From contig NW_027362772.1 of the NCBI RefSeq assembly GCF_046119375.1, positions 75,764,001 through 75,828,000 of the forward strand: a DNA stretch of 64,000 nt, written 5' to 3'. How positions within the stretch are numbered: position 1 is the first letter of the stretch; each line of letters opens with the position of its first letter. The position numbers and the translations under genes were made by a program. Positions 47,727-60,140 of this stretch are shown here, piece by piece. Below the pieces are notes generated by a model. The model saw nothing but the letters and a program-made list of their open reading frames with translations, did no database searches and was not told the DNA's origin. The stretch is from Phyllobates terribilis. Taxonomy: Eukaryota.

Positions 47727-48428
47727 GGCTGTGTGCCCACGTAGCATTTTTCAAGCGTATATGCTGCGGAATTTCCGCAGCGTAAACGCTTGAAAAACGC
47801 ATGTATATCCGCACCCCATGGTCCCCAATGGCATTCCGCAATGTCAATGCCCATGCTGCGGATTTTTCCGCAGCGTATATGCTGCGGTCAAAAATCCGCA
47901 GCATGTTCATTAATTTTGCGGAAGCGCAGCGGAATCAATGTGCGGATGGTACCCAAGTCAGGATGAGAGGAGACTCTCATCCAGACCTGGGTACCAAAGA
48001 ACCTGTAAAAAAAAGAATAAAATAAAGTTTATACTTATCTTCTGATGTTTTCCCTCCGTCGCGCTGTTGTCTGAAGGACCTGCCACGTCATTGAGTCATG
48101 TGACCCACCACATGACTCAATGACGTCACCGCAGGTCCTGCACACAACAGCGTGAGCCGCTCAAGCCTCCGGACGGGGCAGAGAATGCATCAGAAGGTGA
48201 GTATAAAGTTTATTTTTTTATTTTTTACCATTCTGAACAAGTTGTCAAGCACTTTTCCAAGTGATGCTTGGAGAAGTGCTTGATAACCCGCATGCGGAAA
48301 TGCATGCAAAGACGCCTCACAAACGCTTCTACCTGGCGGGAAAACCGCATGTAATATCCGCATTCGATTTTCCCACCAGGGAGAAGCGTAAAAAATATGC
48401 TTCAGGTCCGCAACGTGGGCACATAGCC
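47727..48428. mobile_element. PIF/Harbinger-type MITE inside the DD35E element's 3' region
   Basis: 16-bp TIRs GGCT(G/A)TGTGCCCACGT; 3-bp flanks TTA / TCA. Confidence 0.8.
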
Positions 48429-48451
48429 TCAGAATGAGTTAATGCAGCAAG

Positions 48452-49468
48452 TCAATATTTGCAGTGTTGCCCCTTCTTCTTCAAGACCTCTGTAATTCTC
48501 CTTGGCATGCTCTCAATCAACTTTTGGACCAAATCCTGACTGATAGCAGTCCATTCTTGCATAATCAATGCTTGCATTTTGCCAGAATTTGTTGGTTTTT
48601 GTTTGTCCACCCGTCTCTTGATGATTGACCACAAGTTCTCAATGGGATTAAGATCTGGGGAGTTTCCAGGCCATGGACCCAAAATCTCTATGTTTTGTTC
48701 CATGAGCCATTTAGTTATCACCTTTGCTTTATGGCAAGGTGCTCCATCATGCTGGAAAAGGCATTGTTGGGCGCCAAACTGCTCTTGGACGGTTGGGAGA
48801 AGTTGCTCTTGGAGGACATTCTGGTACCATTCTTTATTCATGGCTGTGGTTTTAGGCAAGACTGTGAGTGAGCCGATTCCCTTGGCTGAGAAGCAACCCC
48901 ACACATGAATGGTTTCAGGATGCTTTACAGTTGGCATGAGACAAGACTGGTGGTAGCGCTCACCTCTTCTTCTCCGAATAAGCTGTTTTCCAGATGTCCC
49001 AAACAATCGAAAAGGGGATTCATCAGAGAAAATGACTTTGCCCCAGTCCTCAGCAGTCCACTCCCTGTACCTTTTGCAGAATATCAGTCGGTCCCTGATG
49101 TTTTTTCTGGAGAGAAGTGGCTTCTTTGCTGCCCTCCTTGAAACCAGCCCTTGCTCAAAGAGTCTCCGCCTCACAGTGCGTGCAGAAGCACTCACACCAG
49201 CCTGCTGCCATTCCTGAGCAAGCTCGGCACTGCTGTTAGTCCGATCCCGCAGCTGAAACAGTTTTAAGATACGGTCCTGGCGCTTGCTGGTCTTTCTTGG
49301 GCGCCCTGGAGCCTTTTTGACAACAATGGAAGCTCTCTCCTTGAAGTTCTTGATGATACGATAGATTGTTGACTGAGGTGCAATCTTTGTAGCTGCGATA
49401 CTTTTCCCTGTTAGGCCATTTTTGTGCAGTGCAATGATGGCTGCACGTGTTTCTTTAGAGATAACCAT
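48452..49468 (-). CDS. Tc1-like DD35E transposase, 338 aa, uninterrupted
   Basis: HTH region with GRPR; IFSDES; FQHDGAPCH; PDLNPIENLW; 35 residues between the second D and E. Confidence 0.93.
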   Translation of the reverse strand: MVISKETRAAIIALHKNGLTGKSIAATKIAPQSTIYRIIKNFKERASIVVKKAPGRPRKTSKRQDRILKLFQLRDRTNSSAELAQEWQQAGVSASARTVRRRLFEQGLVSRRAAKKPLLSRKNIRDRLIFCKRYREWTAEDWGKVIFSDESPFRLFGTSGKQLIRRRRGERYHQSCLMPTVKHPETIHVWGCFSAKGIGSLTVLPKTTAMNKEWYQNVLQEQLLPTVQEQFGAQQCLFQHDGAPCHKAKVITKWLMEQNIEILGPWPGNSPDLNPIENLWSIIKRRVDKQKPTNSGKMQALIMQEWTAISQDLVQKLIESMPRRITEVLKKKGQHCKY

Positions 49469-49844
49469 GGTTAACTGAAGAGAAACAATGATACCAAGAA
49501 CTAGCCTCCTTTTAAAGTGTCCAGTGATGTCATTCTTACTTAATCATGACTGATTGATCGTCAGCCCTGTCCTCATCAACACCCACACCTGTGTTAATGG
49601 ATCAATCACTAAAACGATGTTAGCTGCTCCTTTTAAGGCAGGACTGCAATGATGTTGAAATGTGTTTTGGGGGTTAAAGGTCATTTTCTGGGCAAATATT
49701 GACTTTGCAAGTACAGTAATTGCTGTTAAGCTGATCAGTCTTTGACATTCAGGAGTATATGCAAATTGCCATTACAAAAAATGAAGCAGTAAACTTTGGA
49801 AAAATTACTATTTGTCTCATTCTCAATACTTTTGGCCATGACTG

Positions 49845-52800
49845 TATTATGAGGTTCTGCAGCAGCTGAGGTGTATTATGAGGTTCTGCAGCAGCTGAGG
49901 TGTATTATGAGCCTCTGCAGCAGCTGAGGTGTATTATGAGGTTCTGCAGCAGCTGAGGTATATTATGAGGTTCTGCAGCAGCTGAGGTGTATTATGAGGT
50001 TCTGCAGCAGCTGAGGTATATTATGAGGTTCTGCAGCAGCTGAGGTGTATTATGATGTTTTGCAGCAGCTGAGGTATATTATGAGGTTCTGCAGCAGCTG
50101 AGGTGTATTATGATGTTCTGCAGCAGCTGTGGTGTATTATTAGGTTCTGCAGCAGCTGAGGTGTATTATGATGTTCTGCAGCAGCTGAGGTGTATTATGA
50201 GGTTCTGCAGCAGCTGAAGTGTATTATGAGGTTCTGCAGCAGATGAGGTGTAATATGAGGTTCTGCAGCAGTTGAGTTGAATTACGATGTTCTGCAGCAG
50301 CTGAGGTGTATTATGATGCTCTGCAGCAGTTGAGGTGTATTATGATGTTCTGCAGCAGCTGAGTTGTATTATGAGGTTCTGCAGCAGCTGAGGTGTATTA
50401 TGATGTTCAGCAGCAGCTGAGGTGTATTATGATGTTCTGCAGCAGTGGAGGTTTATTATGATGTTCTGCAGCAGCTGAGGTGAATTATGAGGTTCTGCAG
50501 CAGTGGATGTTTATTATGAGGTTCTGCAGCAGCTGAGGTGTATTATGAGCTTCTGCAGCAGCTGAGGTGTATTATGAGGCTCTGCAGCAGCTGAGGTGTA
50601 TTATGATGTTCTGCAGCAGCTGAGGTGTATTATGATGTTCTGCAGCAGCTGAGGTGTATTATGAGGTTCTGCAGCAGCTGAGGTGTATTATGAGGTTCTG
50701 CCGCAGCTGAGGTGTATTATGAGGTTCTGCAGCAGCTGAGGTTTATTATGAGGTTCTGCTGCAGCTGAGGTTTATTATGAGGTTCGGCAGCAGCTGAGTT
50801 TATTACTAGGTTCTGCAGCAGCTGAGGTGTATTATGATGTTCTGCAGCAGCTGAGGTGTATTATGATGTTCTGCAGCAGCCGAGGTGTATTATGATGTTC
50901 TGCAGCAGCTGAGGTGTATTATGATGTTCTGCAGCAGCCGAGGTGTATTATGATGTTCTGCAGCAGCTGAGGTGTATTATGATGTTCTGCAGCAGCTGAT
51001 GTGTATTATGATGTTCTGCAGCAGCTGAGGTGTACTATGATGTTCTGCAGCAGCTGAGGTGTATTATGAGGTTCTGCAGCAGCTGAGGTGTATTATGAGG
51101 TTCTGCCGCAGCTGAGGTGTATTATGAGGTTATGCAGCAGCTACGGTTTATTATGAGGTTCTGCTGCAGCTACGGTGTATTATGAGGCACTGCAGCAGCT
51201 GAGGTGTATTATGAGGTTCTGCAGCAGCTGAGGTTTATTATGAGGTTCTGCAGCAGCTGAGGTGCATTATGAAGTTCTGCAGCAGCTGAGGTGTATTATG
51301 AGGTTCTGCAGCAGCTGAGGTGTATTATGATGTTCTGCAGCAGCTGAGGTGTATTATGAGGTTCTGCTGCAGCTGAGTTGTATTATGGTGTTCTGCAGCA
51401 GCTGAGGTGTATTATGAGGTTCTGCCGCAGCTGAGGTATATTATGAGGTTCTGCAGCAGCTGAGGTGTATTATGATGTTCTGCAGCAGCTGAGGTGTTTA
51501 TTATGATGTTCTGCAGCAGCTGAGTTCTATATTATGATGTTCTGCCGCAGCTGAGGTGTATTATGAGGTTCTGCAGCAGCTGAGGTGTATTATGAGGTTC
51601 TGCAGCAGCTGAGGTTTATTATGAGGTTCTGCTGCAGCTGAGGTGTATTATGAGGTTCTGCAGCAGCTGAGGTGTATTATGAGGTTCTGCAGCAGCTGAG
51701 GTGTATTATGATGTTCTGCAGCAGCTGAGGTGTATTATGAAGTTCTGCAGCAGCTGAGGTGTATTATGAGGTTCTGCAGTAGCTGAGGTGTATTATGATG
51801 TTCTGCAGCAGCTGAGGTTTATTATGAGGTTCTGCTGCAGCTGAGGTGTATTATGATGTTCTGCAGCTGCTGAGGTGTATTATGAGGTTCTGCAGCAGCT
51901 GAGGTGTATTATGATGTTCAGCAGCAGCTGAGGTGTATTATGAGGTTCTGCCGCAGCTGAGGTGTATTATGAGGTTCTGCAGCAGCTGAGGTGTATTATG
52001 AGGTTCTGCAGCAGCTGAGGTGTGTTATGATGTTCTGCAGCAGTTGAGGTGTTTATTATGATGTTCTGCAGCAGCTGAGTTCTATATTATGATGTTCTGC
52101 AGCAGCTGAGTTGTTTATTATGATGTTCTGCAGCAGCTGAGTTCTATATTATGATGTTCTGCAGCAGCTGAGGTGCATTATGAGGTTCTGCAGCAGCTGA
52201 GGTATATTATGAGGTTCTGTAGCAGCTGAGGTGTATTATGAGGTTCTGCAGCAGCTGAGGTGTATTATGATGTTCTGCAGCAGCTGAGGTGTATTATGAG
52301 TTTCTGCAGCAGTTGAGGTGTATTATGAGGTTCTGCAGCAGCTAAGGTGTATTATGAGGTTCTGCAGCAGCTGAGGTGTATTATGAGGCTCTGCTGCAGC
52401 TGAGGTGTATTATGAGGTTCTGCAGCAGCTGAGGTGTATTATGGTATTCTGCCGCAGCTGGCTTCTATATTATGATGTTGATTATGAGTTGCATATTATG
52501 ATATTCTGCAGCAGCTGAGGTCTATTATGATGTTCTGCAGCAGCTGAGGTGTTTATTATGATGTTCTGCAGCAGGTGAGTACTATATTATGATGTTCTGC
52601 AGCAGCTGAGTTCAATATTATGATGTTCTGCAGCAGCTGAGTTGTTTATTATGATGTTCTGTAGCAGCTGAGTTCTATATTATGATGTTCTGCAGCAGCT
52701 GAGTTGTTTATTATGATGTTCTGTAGCAGCTGAGTTGTTTATGATGTTCTGCAGCAGCTGTGTTCTATATTATGATGTTCTGCAGCAGCTGAGTTGTTTA

Positions 52801-53257
52801 TTATGATGTTCTGCAGCAGCTGAGTTCTATATTATGATGTTCTGCAGCAGCTGAGTTGTTTATTATGATGTTCTGCAGCAGCTGAGTTCCATATTATGAT
52901 ATTCTGCAACAGCTGAGATGTATTATAACGTTCTGCAGCTATATATTATGATGTTCTGCAGCAGCTGAGTTGTTTATTATGATGTTCTGCAGCAGCTGAG
53001 TTCTATATTATGATGTTCTGCAGCAGCTGAGTTGTTTATTATGATGTTCTGCAGCAGCTGAGTTCCATATTATGATGTTCTGCAACAGCTGAGATGTATT
53101 ATAACGTTCTGCAGCTATATATTATGATGTTCTGCAGCAGCTGAGTTGTTTATTATGATGTTCTGCAGCACCTGAGTTCTATATCATGATGTTCTGCAAC
53201 AGCTGAGATGTGTATTATAACGTTCTGCAGCTATATATTATGATGTTCTGCAGCAGC
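49845..53257. repeat. 29-bp minisatellite, right arm (grading into 31-bp variants)
   Basis: Same unit; the distal part alternates ...GAGTTCTATATTATG... and ...GAGTTGTTTATTATG... units. Confidence 0.97.
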
Positions 53258-53784
53258 AGAGACACCGATTTATAAAATGCACATTGCAGCTGCTGAAGAA
53301 CCTCATCTTAAAGAGAAAGGGATCCGCGCACATCCGTCAATCAGTGGCAGTGTCTGGTGTTTTCGCAGCGCCGTTTATCTCCGTATAACGACCTTTACAT
53401 AAATAATAATAACTCCATTGATACAATTAATCCCAGAGATCAGCACTGCATTGTCCCTACATTGATACATTGTTTCATCTCATCATCATCCTCACTTTCC
53501 TGGATTTTTTTCACTACAATGTGTCTTCTCCCCTCCTCTGTCATCACAGTTGTGTCTGTATCCTGCTGCAATCCATTGCACCAAAACCCATCCCCTATAC
53601 TGGAATCTATATGATCCTGGATGTAGCAGTGCTGAAGATGTCAGGCTGCAATGTCTCCCTCCACCATGCATTCATCACATCTCCAGTGCATAGCATTATT
53701 CTAGCCTTATAGAGGGGGAGGACAGTGCAGCAGCCATTGCCTAGTCCTGGGTCATGTCTTGAGTATTTTCCCATTTTCTTGCAG

Positions 53785-53840
53785 ACACTTTCAGAAGGAT
53801 CCTGGCTGCCATCTATCTGCTGTGTAGCATACAGAAAAGA
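53785..53840 (+). other. candidate small exon of an unidentified host gene
   Basis: Acceptor TTTTCCCATTTTCTTGCAG| and donor |GTAAGT in non-repetitive sequence; splice motifs only. Confidence 0.3.
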
Positions 53841-54179
53841 GTAAGTGAATTCCAGGACAGGCTTCTTTCCCTCTCAGCATGCAGTAGTAATGAGAGGCAG
53901 AGAAGCAAGGAGAGAGAAAGAGGAGGAGGGGAAACAGAGAGAGAGAGGAAGAGGAAGAGACTGATCCTCACAAGCTTTGCAAAGCCAAGACTGGGAGCAA
54001 GCATCTCCATCCAGGACCAGGATCCAGGGGCTTGTGTGACCCAGAAACTCTCCTGGATCAGCAGCTGGACTATATAACAAGGGAGGGAGGGATATGAGCC
54101 TGGAAGGGCTGTGACTAGGCGAATTACAACAGGAAGGGGATGAATGATTTTTTTTTTTTTTTTTGCATCCTTCAACCAG

Positions 54180-54213
54180 ATCTGCCTCATTCAAAGAATG
54201 CAAGCACTGTCAG
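54180..54213 (+). other. candidate small or first exon ending ATGCAAGCACTGTCAG|GTAAGC (MQALS..., phase 1)
   Basis: T16 tract plus CCAG acceptor at 54179 and donor GTAAGC at 54214. Preceded by a GA-rich, 5'UTR-like stretch (53885-53960). Confidence 0.3.
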
Positions 54214-56025
54214 GTAAGCAGCACCTACTGCAAGCACTGTCAATGCCTATTATGTGGATTCCTCCCATAGCCAATGCATAGTGTCTCCAGTTTCTAATAG
54301 GGGTGGGGCAGAAGAAGGCTTCCCCCCCCCCACATACCTCCATCAGTCCCCTCTTCAGTCTGTAATTACAGAGTCATAGCCATTGCCCATCAAGCCTACT
54401 ATTATTCTTTTTATTTATTTTTTGTATTTGTTTATTTATTATTTGGTTGTAATTTTTTTTTTAATTTATTATTTATTTATTATTTGGTTGTATTTATTTA
54501 CGATTATTTTTTGCATTTATTTATGCACTATTATTATTATTTTTTTGCATTTATTTATTAGTATTTTTATTATTTATTTATTTTATTGCAGTGTTTTTTC
54601 AGTATCGAGAGAAAAGCAAAAAGTGCATGGGGTCTAATTGATTTAGGATGTAAATGAAAGCAGAAGATACATGTGTATCAAGAGCTGCAATCTGCAGCAC
54701 CACAGTCCAGGCTGCTTTCAGGTGCAGGAGCTGCTGCTGCTCTTTGCTGCTTCTATCCCCCCCCCCTTCCTCCATCAACATCTGAGGATTAATCCTTTAC
54801 TGACAAAAGGTACAAAGAAGAAAAAAGGGGAGGTATATTTAATTATGCATTGTTTCCTATGATGGGGGAATCCTTGCTGCATCCTACTCCTATTGACTAG
54901 GAGACCACCTACTGTGATACCCCCCCCCCCTCTGTGCAAAAGCGGGAACATGGATGAAGTCATATGTAATGATGTGACCTAAATTTGCACATTGCCTGTT
55001 GCCCTAGAATCAGGCTGGAATAGACAAGGTGCAGTCATATTTTGCAAAAAAAAAAGCTTCCTTCCTTTCTGACTGTATAGTGTTAAGGTAAGGTTATGAC
55101 ATTATTGACTCGCTAATTGCTGGCTGGACATACTAAGGAGACTGGGGGGTTTACACTTGGTCTCTGTTTACTATAGGGAGGAGGGGGAGATAGACTTTGT
55201 GATGTCCTGACACCTGGGAAAGACAATGAATGACCTAGAATCTGTGTACGGTATTGCCTAATTTTGCTGAAATTTTCATTTTACGCAATTTTTTACATTT
55301 CTTATTTTAATTTTTTTTTTCATTTTTATGCCTGTTTATCCATGCAGTCCTATCGCTTTTAGGATTTTTTGGTGCAGTGGTTGCAGCTGTGTCATAATAT
55401 CCTCCGACCAGGCTATAGGATTGTCAGTGACTTTTTTTTTTTAGGAGAGTTTTTGAGGTTGCAGATTTTCTTAAAGAAAAAAAACTCAACAAAAACTCAT
55501 TGTGGGAATGGAGCCTTATGGGCTGTAGACTGTTTGTACTGCATGACTGCAGATTGCTGTCCGCGGTGCTGAAAGGCAGCTTACTCTATCCATTATAGCC
55601 CAAATCACTGCAGGCGACCGCAGCTGGCGCCCGGGCATCTGCTTGCAATGGCAGAGCTCATATCACCTGTAGGATTTTTCCATGTAGTCTCCCATTTATC
55701 GGCAACCTGTAGCATGTTCGCCATCTACAATCCCATCAGTCTTAAAACCCCTTTTGTGCTTATCATAGCTCGGGAGTTTTTATCTGAAAGCCAATAGTCA
55801 ACACAATTCCGCTTGCTCCATCAGCGCACGTTGCTATATCCTCTAAATGGACAGATACATATAGCATCAGCCATCATCTCCTTTATAACACAGTCAGCCA
55901 CAATAACGGCTCCGCTCACTCAATGTAACAGAAGTTGCTTAGTCTTTAAGCCTATCCATTAAATGTCTGCTGGTAATACTGTCCATAGGCGAGGTCAGTA
56001 TCCTGCACTGACTCCATGCACTACC

Positions 56026-57527
56026 NNNNNNNNNNNNNNNNNNNNNNNNNNNNNNNNNNNNNNNNNNNNNNNNNNNNNNNNNNNNNNNNNNNNNNNNNNN
56101 NNNNNNNNNNNNNNNNNNNNNNNNNNNNNNNNNNNNNNNNNNNNNNNNNNNNNNNNNNNNNNNNNNNNNNNNNNNNNNNNNNNNNNNNNNNNNNNNNNNN
56201 NNNNNNNNNNNNNNNNNNNNNNNNNNNNNNNNNNNNNNNNNNNNNNNNNNNNNNNNNNNNNNNNNNNNNNNNNNNNNNNNNNNNNNTATCCATTGCACTG
56301 CAGGTACATCACTTAACGTATTTTAACATACGGCGTATATTTATTATATTCTATTTATCTAGTTTAAAACAAAAAGGATTAAAGCAGCATGAAAAGTAGA
56401 TATGAAATGTCAGCCTTCAGGTTGCGACCCAACAACCGCACCATGCAAAAATGAAAAAACATAGGCAGCACACATAGGATAGGTGTCCAAAAGTGCAGCA
56501 AGTTTTAATCAGCCCAGTTGGGTGATACTTACAACACTTTTGAATAACTATACTAAGTGTGCTGCCNNNNNNNNNNNNNNNNNNNNNNNNNNNNNNNNNN
56601 NNNNNNNNNNNNNNNNNNNNNNNNNNNNNNNNNNNNNNNNNNNNNNNNNNNNNNNNNNNNNNNNNNNNNNNNNNNNNNNNNNNNNNNNNNNNNNNNNNNN
56701 NNNNNNNNNNNNNNNNNNNNNNNNNNNNNNNNNNNNNNNNNNNNNATCCATATATAGATCTGTCAATGTAATAGGTAATTGGGTAAATTGACCCATGTTG
56801 TCTAGCTATCTGTCTATCTATCTATCTAGCTATCTATCTATCTAGCTATCACTTTAGCTAATTTCTTTCTTTTCTTCCCTTTTCTTCTTGCCCTTCCTTC
56901 CTTTCCTTTTTTCCCTTCCGTNNNNNNNNNNNNNNNNNNNNNNNNNNNNNNNNNNNNNNNNNNNNNNNNNNNNNNNNNNNNNNNNNNNNNNNNNNNNNNN
57001 NNNNNNNNNNNNNNNNNNNNNNNNNNNNNNNNNNNNNNNNNNNNNNNNNNNNNNNNNNNNNNNNNNNNNNNNNNNNNNNNNNNNNNNCATTCCTATCCTT
57101 GCCTTCCTTTCTTTTTTCCCTTCCTTTCTTCCTCTCTATTTCCTTTCTTACTTTCTCTTTCCTTCCTTCCNNNNNNNNNNNNNNNNNNNNNNNNNNNNNN
57201 NNNNNNNNNNNNNNNNNNNNNNNNNNNNNNNNNNNNNNNNNNNNNNNNNNNNNNNNNNNNNNNNNNNNNNNNNNNNNNNNNNNNNNNNNNNNNNNNNNNN
57301 NNNNNNNNNNNNNNNNNNNNNNNNNNNNNNNNNNNNNNNNNNNNNNNNNNNNNNNNNNNNNNNNNNNNNNNNNNNNNNNNNNNNNNNNNNNNNNNNNNNN
57401 NNNNNNNNNNNNNNNNNNNNNNNNNNNNNNNNNNNNNNNNNNNNNNNNNNNNNNNNNNNNNNNNNNNNNNNNNNNNNNNNNNNNNNNNNNNNNNNNNNNN
57501 NNNNNNNNNNNNNNNNNNNNNNNNNNN
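56026..57527. other. four N runs (56026-56287, 56567-56745, 56922-57087, 57171-57527): gaps or masked simple repeats
   Basis: Irregular lengths; mostly flanked by TATC/TTCC/CT-rich simple sequence. Confidence 0.9.
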
Positions 57528-58363
57528 TCTCTGTCTCTCTGTCCCTCCCTCCGTCTGCCTGTCTATCTATCTCGTACCTTTCTCTCTGTCCATAGATCGT
57601 TCTATCCATCGGACTACCGATATCAGACCTCGGTCAGATCACACAAGGGGAATGACCCAACCGCGTATTCAGCTCTTCTATTTCTGTAATGGACACAGTA
57701 TAAATTCCTTGTTATTTGACACAACGAATGGAATAATAACTCATGGAATAATCACTGTGCGCAGAAGATCAGTGTAGCGCTGCACCCCGCTCTGCTCCAT
57801 CTGTACCTCTGCTATCTCCCCGCATTCGTATACACGCGGTATACACGGGGTATTCTTGTCCTGTCAGCTCAGTTAATCCAAATGAGTAAGTTTTGCTTCG
57901 GCTTCTGAATGAACGCGCTGAAGAATTATTCCCAGATTATTTTGACAGATGTGTTTTGTGTGTTGTCAGGCGGAGGGTTTTTGTTTTGCATTATGTGTCT
58001 TTTGTCTGGAGATTCCTCGCTGGCTTTTTGTGTCCTTGCTTTATAAACAAGATGACTTTATTTCATTTTTTTGGGGGTAAATTGTTCTATTTTATGCCTT
58101 TTGTTCTTTGGCTGCATGATACATTTGTAATCGTTAACCAATTACAGCCGCAGAAAACACAGACGAGCCGGCAATCAAGAGGGGCTTATTATTGGGAGTG
58201 CGGAGCGTCTTTTTTTTTTTTTTGGAGCCGGGATAATGAGAAATACACGTGACTATGGTTCTCAATGCAGATTTGTAGGGAAGTGGCAGATTTGGAGATA
58301 CTGATAAAATAGTATCTGCAGAATATGTGATACCCAAAATGATCCCAAAACCAACCAGCTTAA

Positions 58364-58709
58364 AGGGGTTGTCCAGTCTTAAGCTAAAAGTCACCATGGT
58401 ATTTCAGACTTGTGAATCCTCACAACGCGCGTCAGGGTTCTTCGCTGTCAGCGCCGGGAGTGGGTAGTCATGTGATCGCAAGTATGGAATATGCATACAT
58501 CCAGTCACATTCCGACTAGACTGTTTTTGGGCTCGCTCAATATCCTTGCCTTGAGCGAGGCCTCACCCATCTAGTTGGAATGTGCATATTGCCCGATCCC
58601 GATGCCATCATCAGAGAATCCTCACAGTGTGCACTGTGATATGAGGATTCACAAGTCTGCAGTCACGTAGAGTGACTGCAAACTTGTAGCCTAAGACTGG
58701 ACAACCCCT
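58364..58709. mobile_element. TTAA-type (T2/Kolobok-like) MITE, 346 bp
   Basis: TTAA|AGGGGTTGTCCAGTCTTA ... TAAGACTGGACAACCCCT|TTAA. Confidence 0.85.
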
Positions 58710-59343
58710 TTAAACCAACCATCCCCTAAAATCTTTCTTAAAGGGAAAGGGCACCTGTAAACATCTTCTAAAAGGATGCTGAGATTTTTTAACACAAGTC
58801 CCTGGTAGAGGACTTTGTCATGTGACTTTCTCCGATCACTAGGATCAGACTTCCATGGTTCTTTGTTTTCTGATGCGAATATCCAAAGGTTCATATTTGT
58901 CATTGCCGACTACAGGTTACTGATTGGAGATCTACAATGCAGGAGTTAAGGGGTAACTATACTTTCTAGTAACTTTTCAGAATAAGCTGTCATCTGTGTG
59001 TACATGGCCATTTTTGGCATTTTCTCCAGGTTTCCCTTCTTCTGTAGACTCTCTCTGATAATTTGCAATTATTACCTGAGCTGGTGGGAGGAGACAAACT
59101 GCTATGATGTCTCTCATACACTGCACAACACACAGAGAAAGGGCTCTTCATTCCTTAGTTAACATACAATCAGAAGCAGCAGCCTGGAAGACAATATACA
59201 GCAGTACTGAGCAGTGTAGATGTCTATCTATCTCTAGGATGAGATAAAAGACTTGTTAGAAAGCTCAGCATAATCTTTTTGCGTCTCCCTCTACCTGTTT
59301 TCTCACTCTGCTCCTCACTCCTCCTCCCCACTTCCTTATCTAT

Positions 59344-60140
59344 TGTAAGGCAGCACTAGTCATCATAATGGGGGATACTCGCTGCACCGGGTAAATTAGG
59401 CACACGTGCAATGTCCTTCCGGTATTTTCTCAATACAGCAGTTTATTATCTTATCATAAACCGAATATCACACAGTCCTTCTTAGTATATCACCGGCATG
59501 TTTACACACTTCACATCCGGGAGTCTCTCAAGTAGCAGACAGGCCCAATTGGCCCAAGTTACAGCCTTCAGCAAGGTAATACTATAGCAATGTCTATATA
59601 AGTGTCCATATTACAAAGTGTATTACCTTTGCCTGGTTTAGTTGCTGCAGTCCATTTAATCCGCCACCACTGTGGCTTTAAGGCTTTCCCAGGTGGGGGT
59701 CTCTAGCCGTCGTCCCGTCTAAGGCTACTGGAATGTTTCACTCACACCCATCCTGTCTGCGCCTTTCCGGATTCTTCACCAAGCCGCTGCCTTCCAAGGC
59801 CACTGGCATCTACACAAGATCCAGGCTCGACCTTTCAGGCTGCCAGGCTTCACGGTATCACGGTGTCCCACACACACAGGGAACAGGCCTCACGCCCCTC
59901 TCACAGAACACCTGTCTCCCATCAAGCAGGGTTTATATATGCATCCCGTGCACACACACACACACACATACTGACAGGATCTTGCTGATGTCACAGTCAT
60001 GTGATCAGACAGACATTCTGTGCGTGCAGGACCTGTGCTATGTCACAGTCATGTGACCAGTCACCTGAGGGGGAAGGTACATGGTCAGGTAAAACACATC
60101 CTGGACCATTACCGTAATGCCAGCAAGTCGCTGCATTACA
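59344..60140 (-). mobile_element. solo LTR (797 bp)
   Basis: TGTAAGGCAGC ... GCTGCATTACA. 4-bp TSD CTAT (59340-43, 60141-44). TATA-like and AATAAA motifs on the minus strand. Confidence 0.8.

Larger units (their letters stand above)
47570..49844 (-). mobile_element. Tc1-superfamily DD35E (Traveler-type) transposon
   Basis: TA TSD at 47568-69 and 49845-46. ~27-bp TIRs CAGTCATGGCCAAAAGT(T/A)TTGAGAATGA. Inserted at the TA of a minisatellite unit. Confidence 0.93.

Noticed and set aside
55939-57689. ORFs containing X runs
   Set aside because: Artefacts of N runs, which contain no stop codons.
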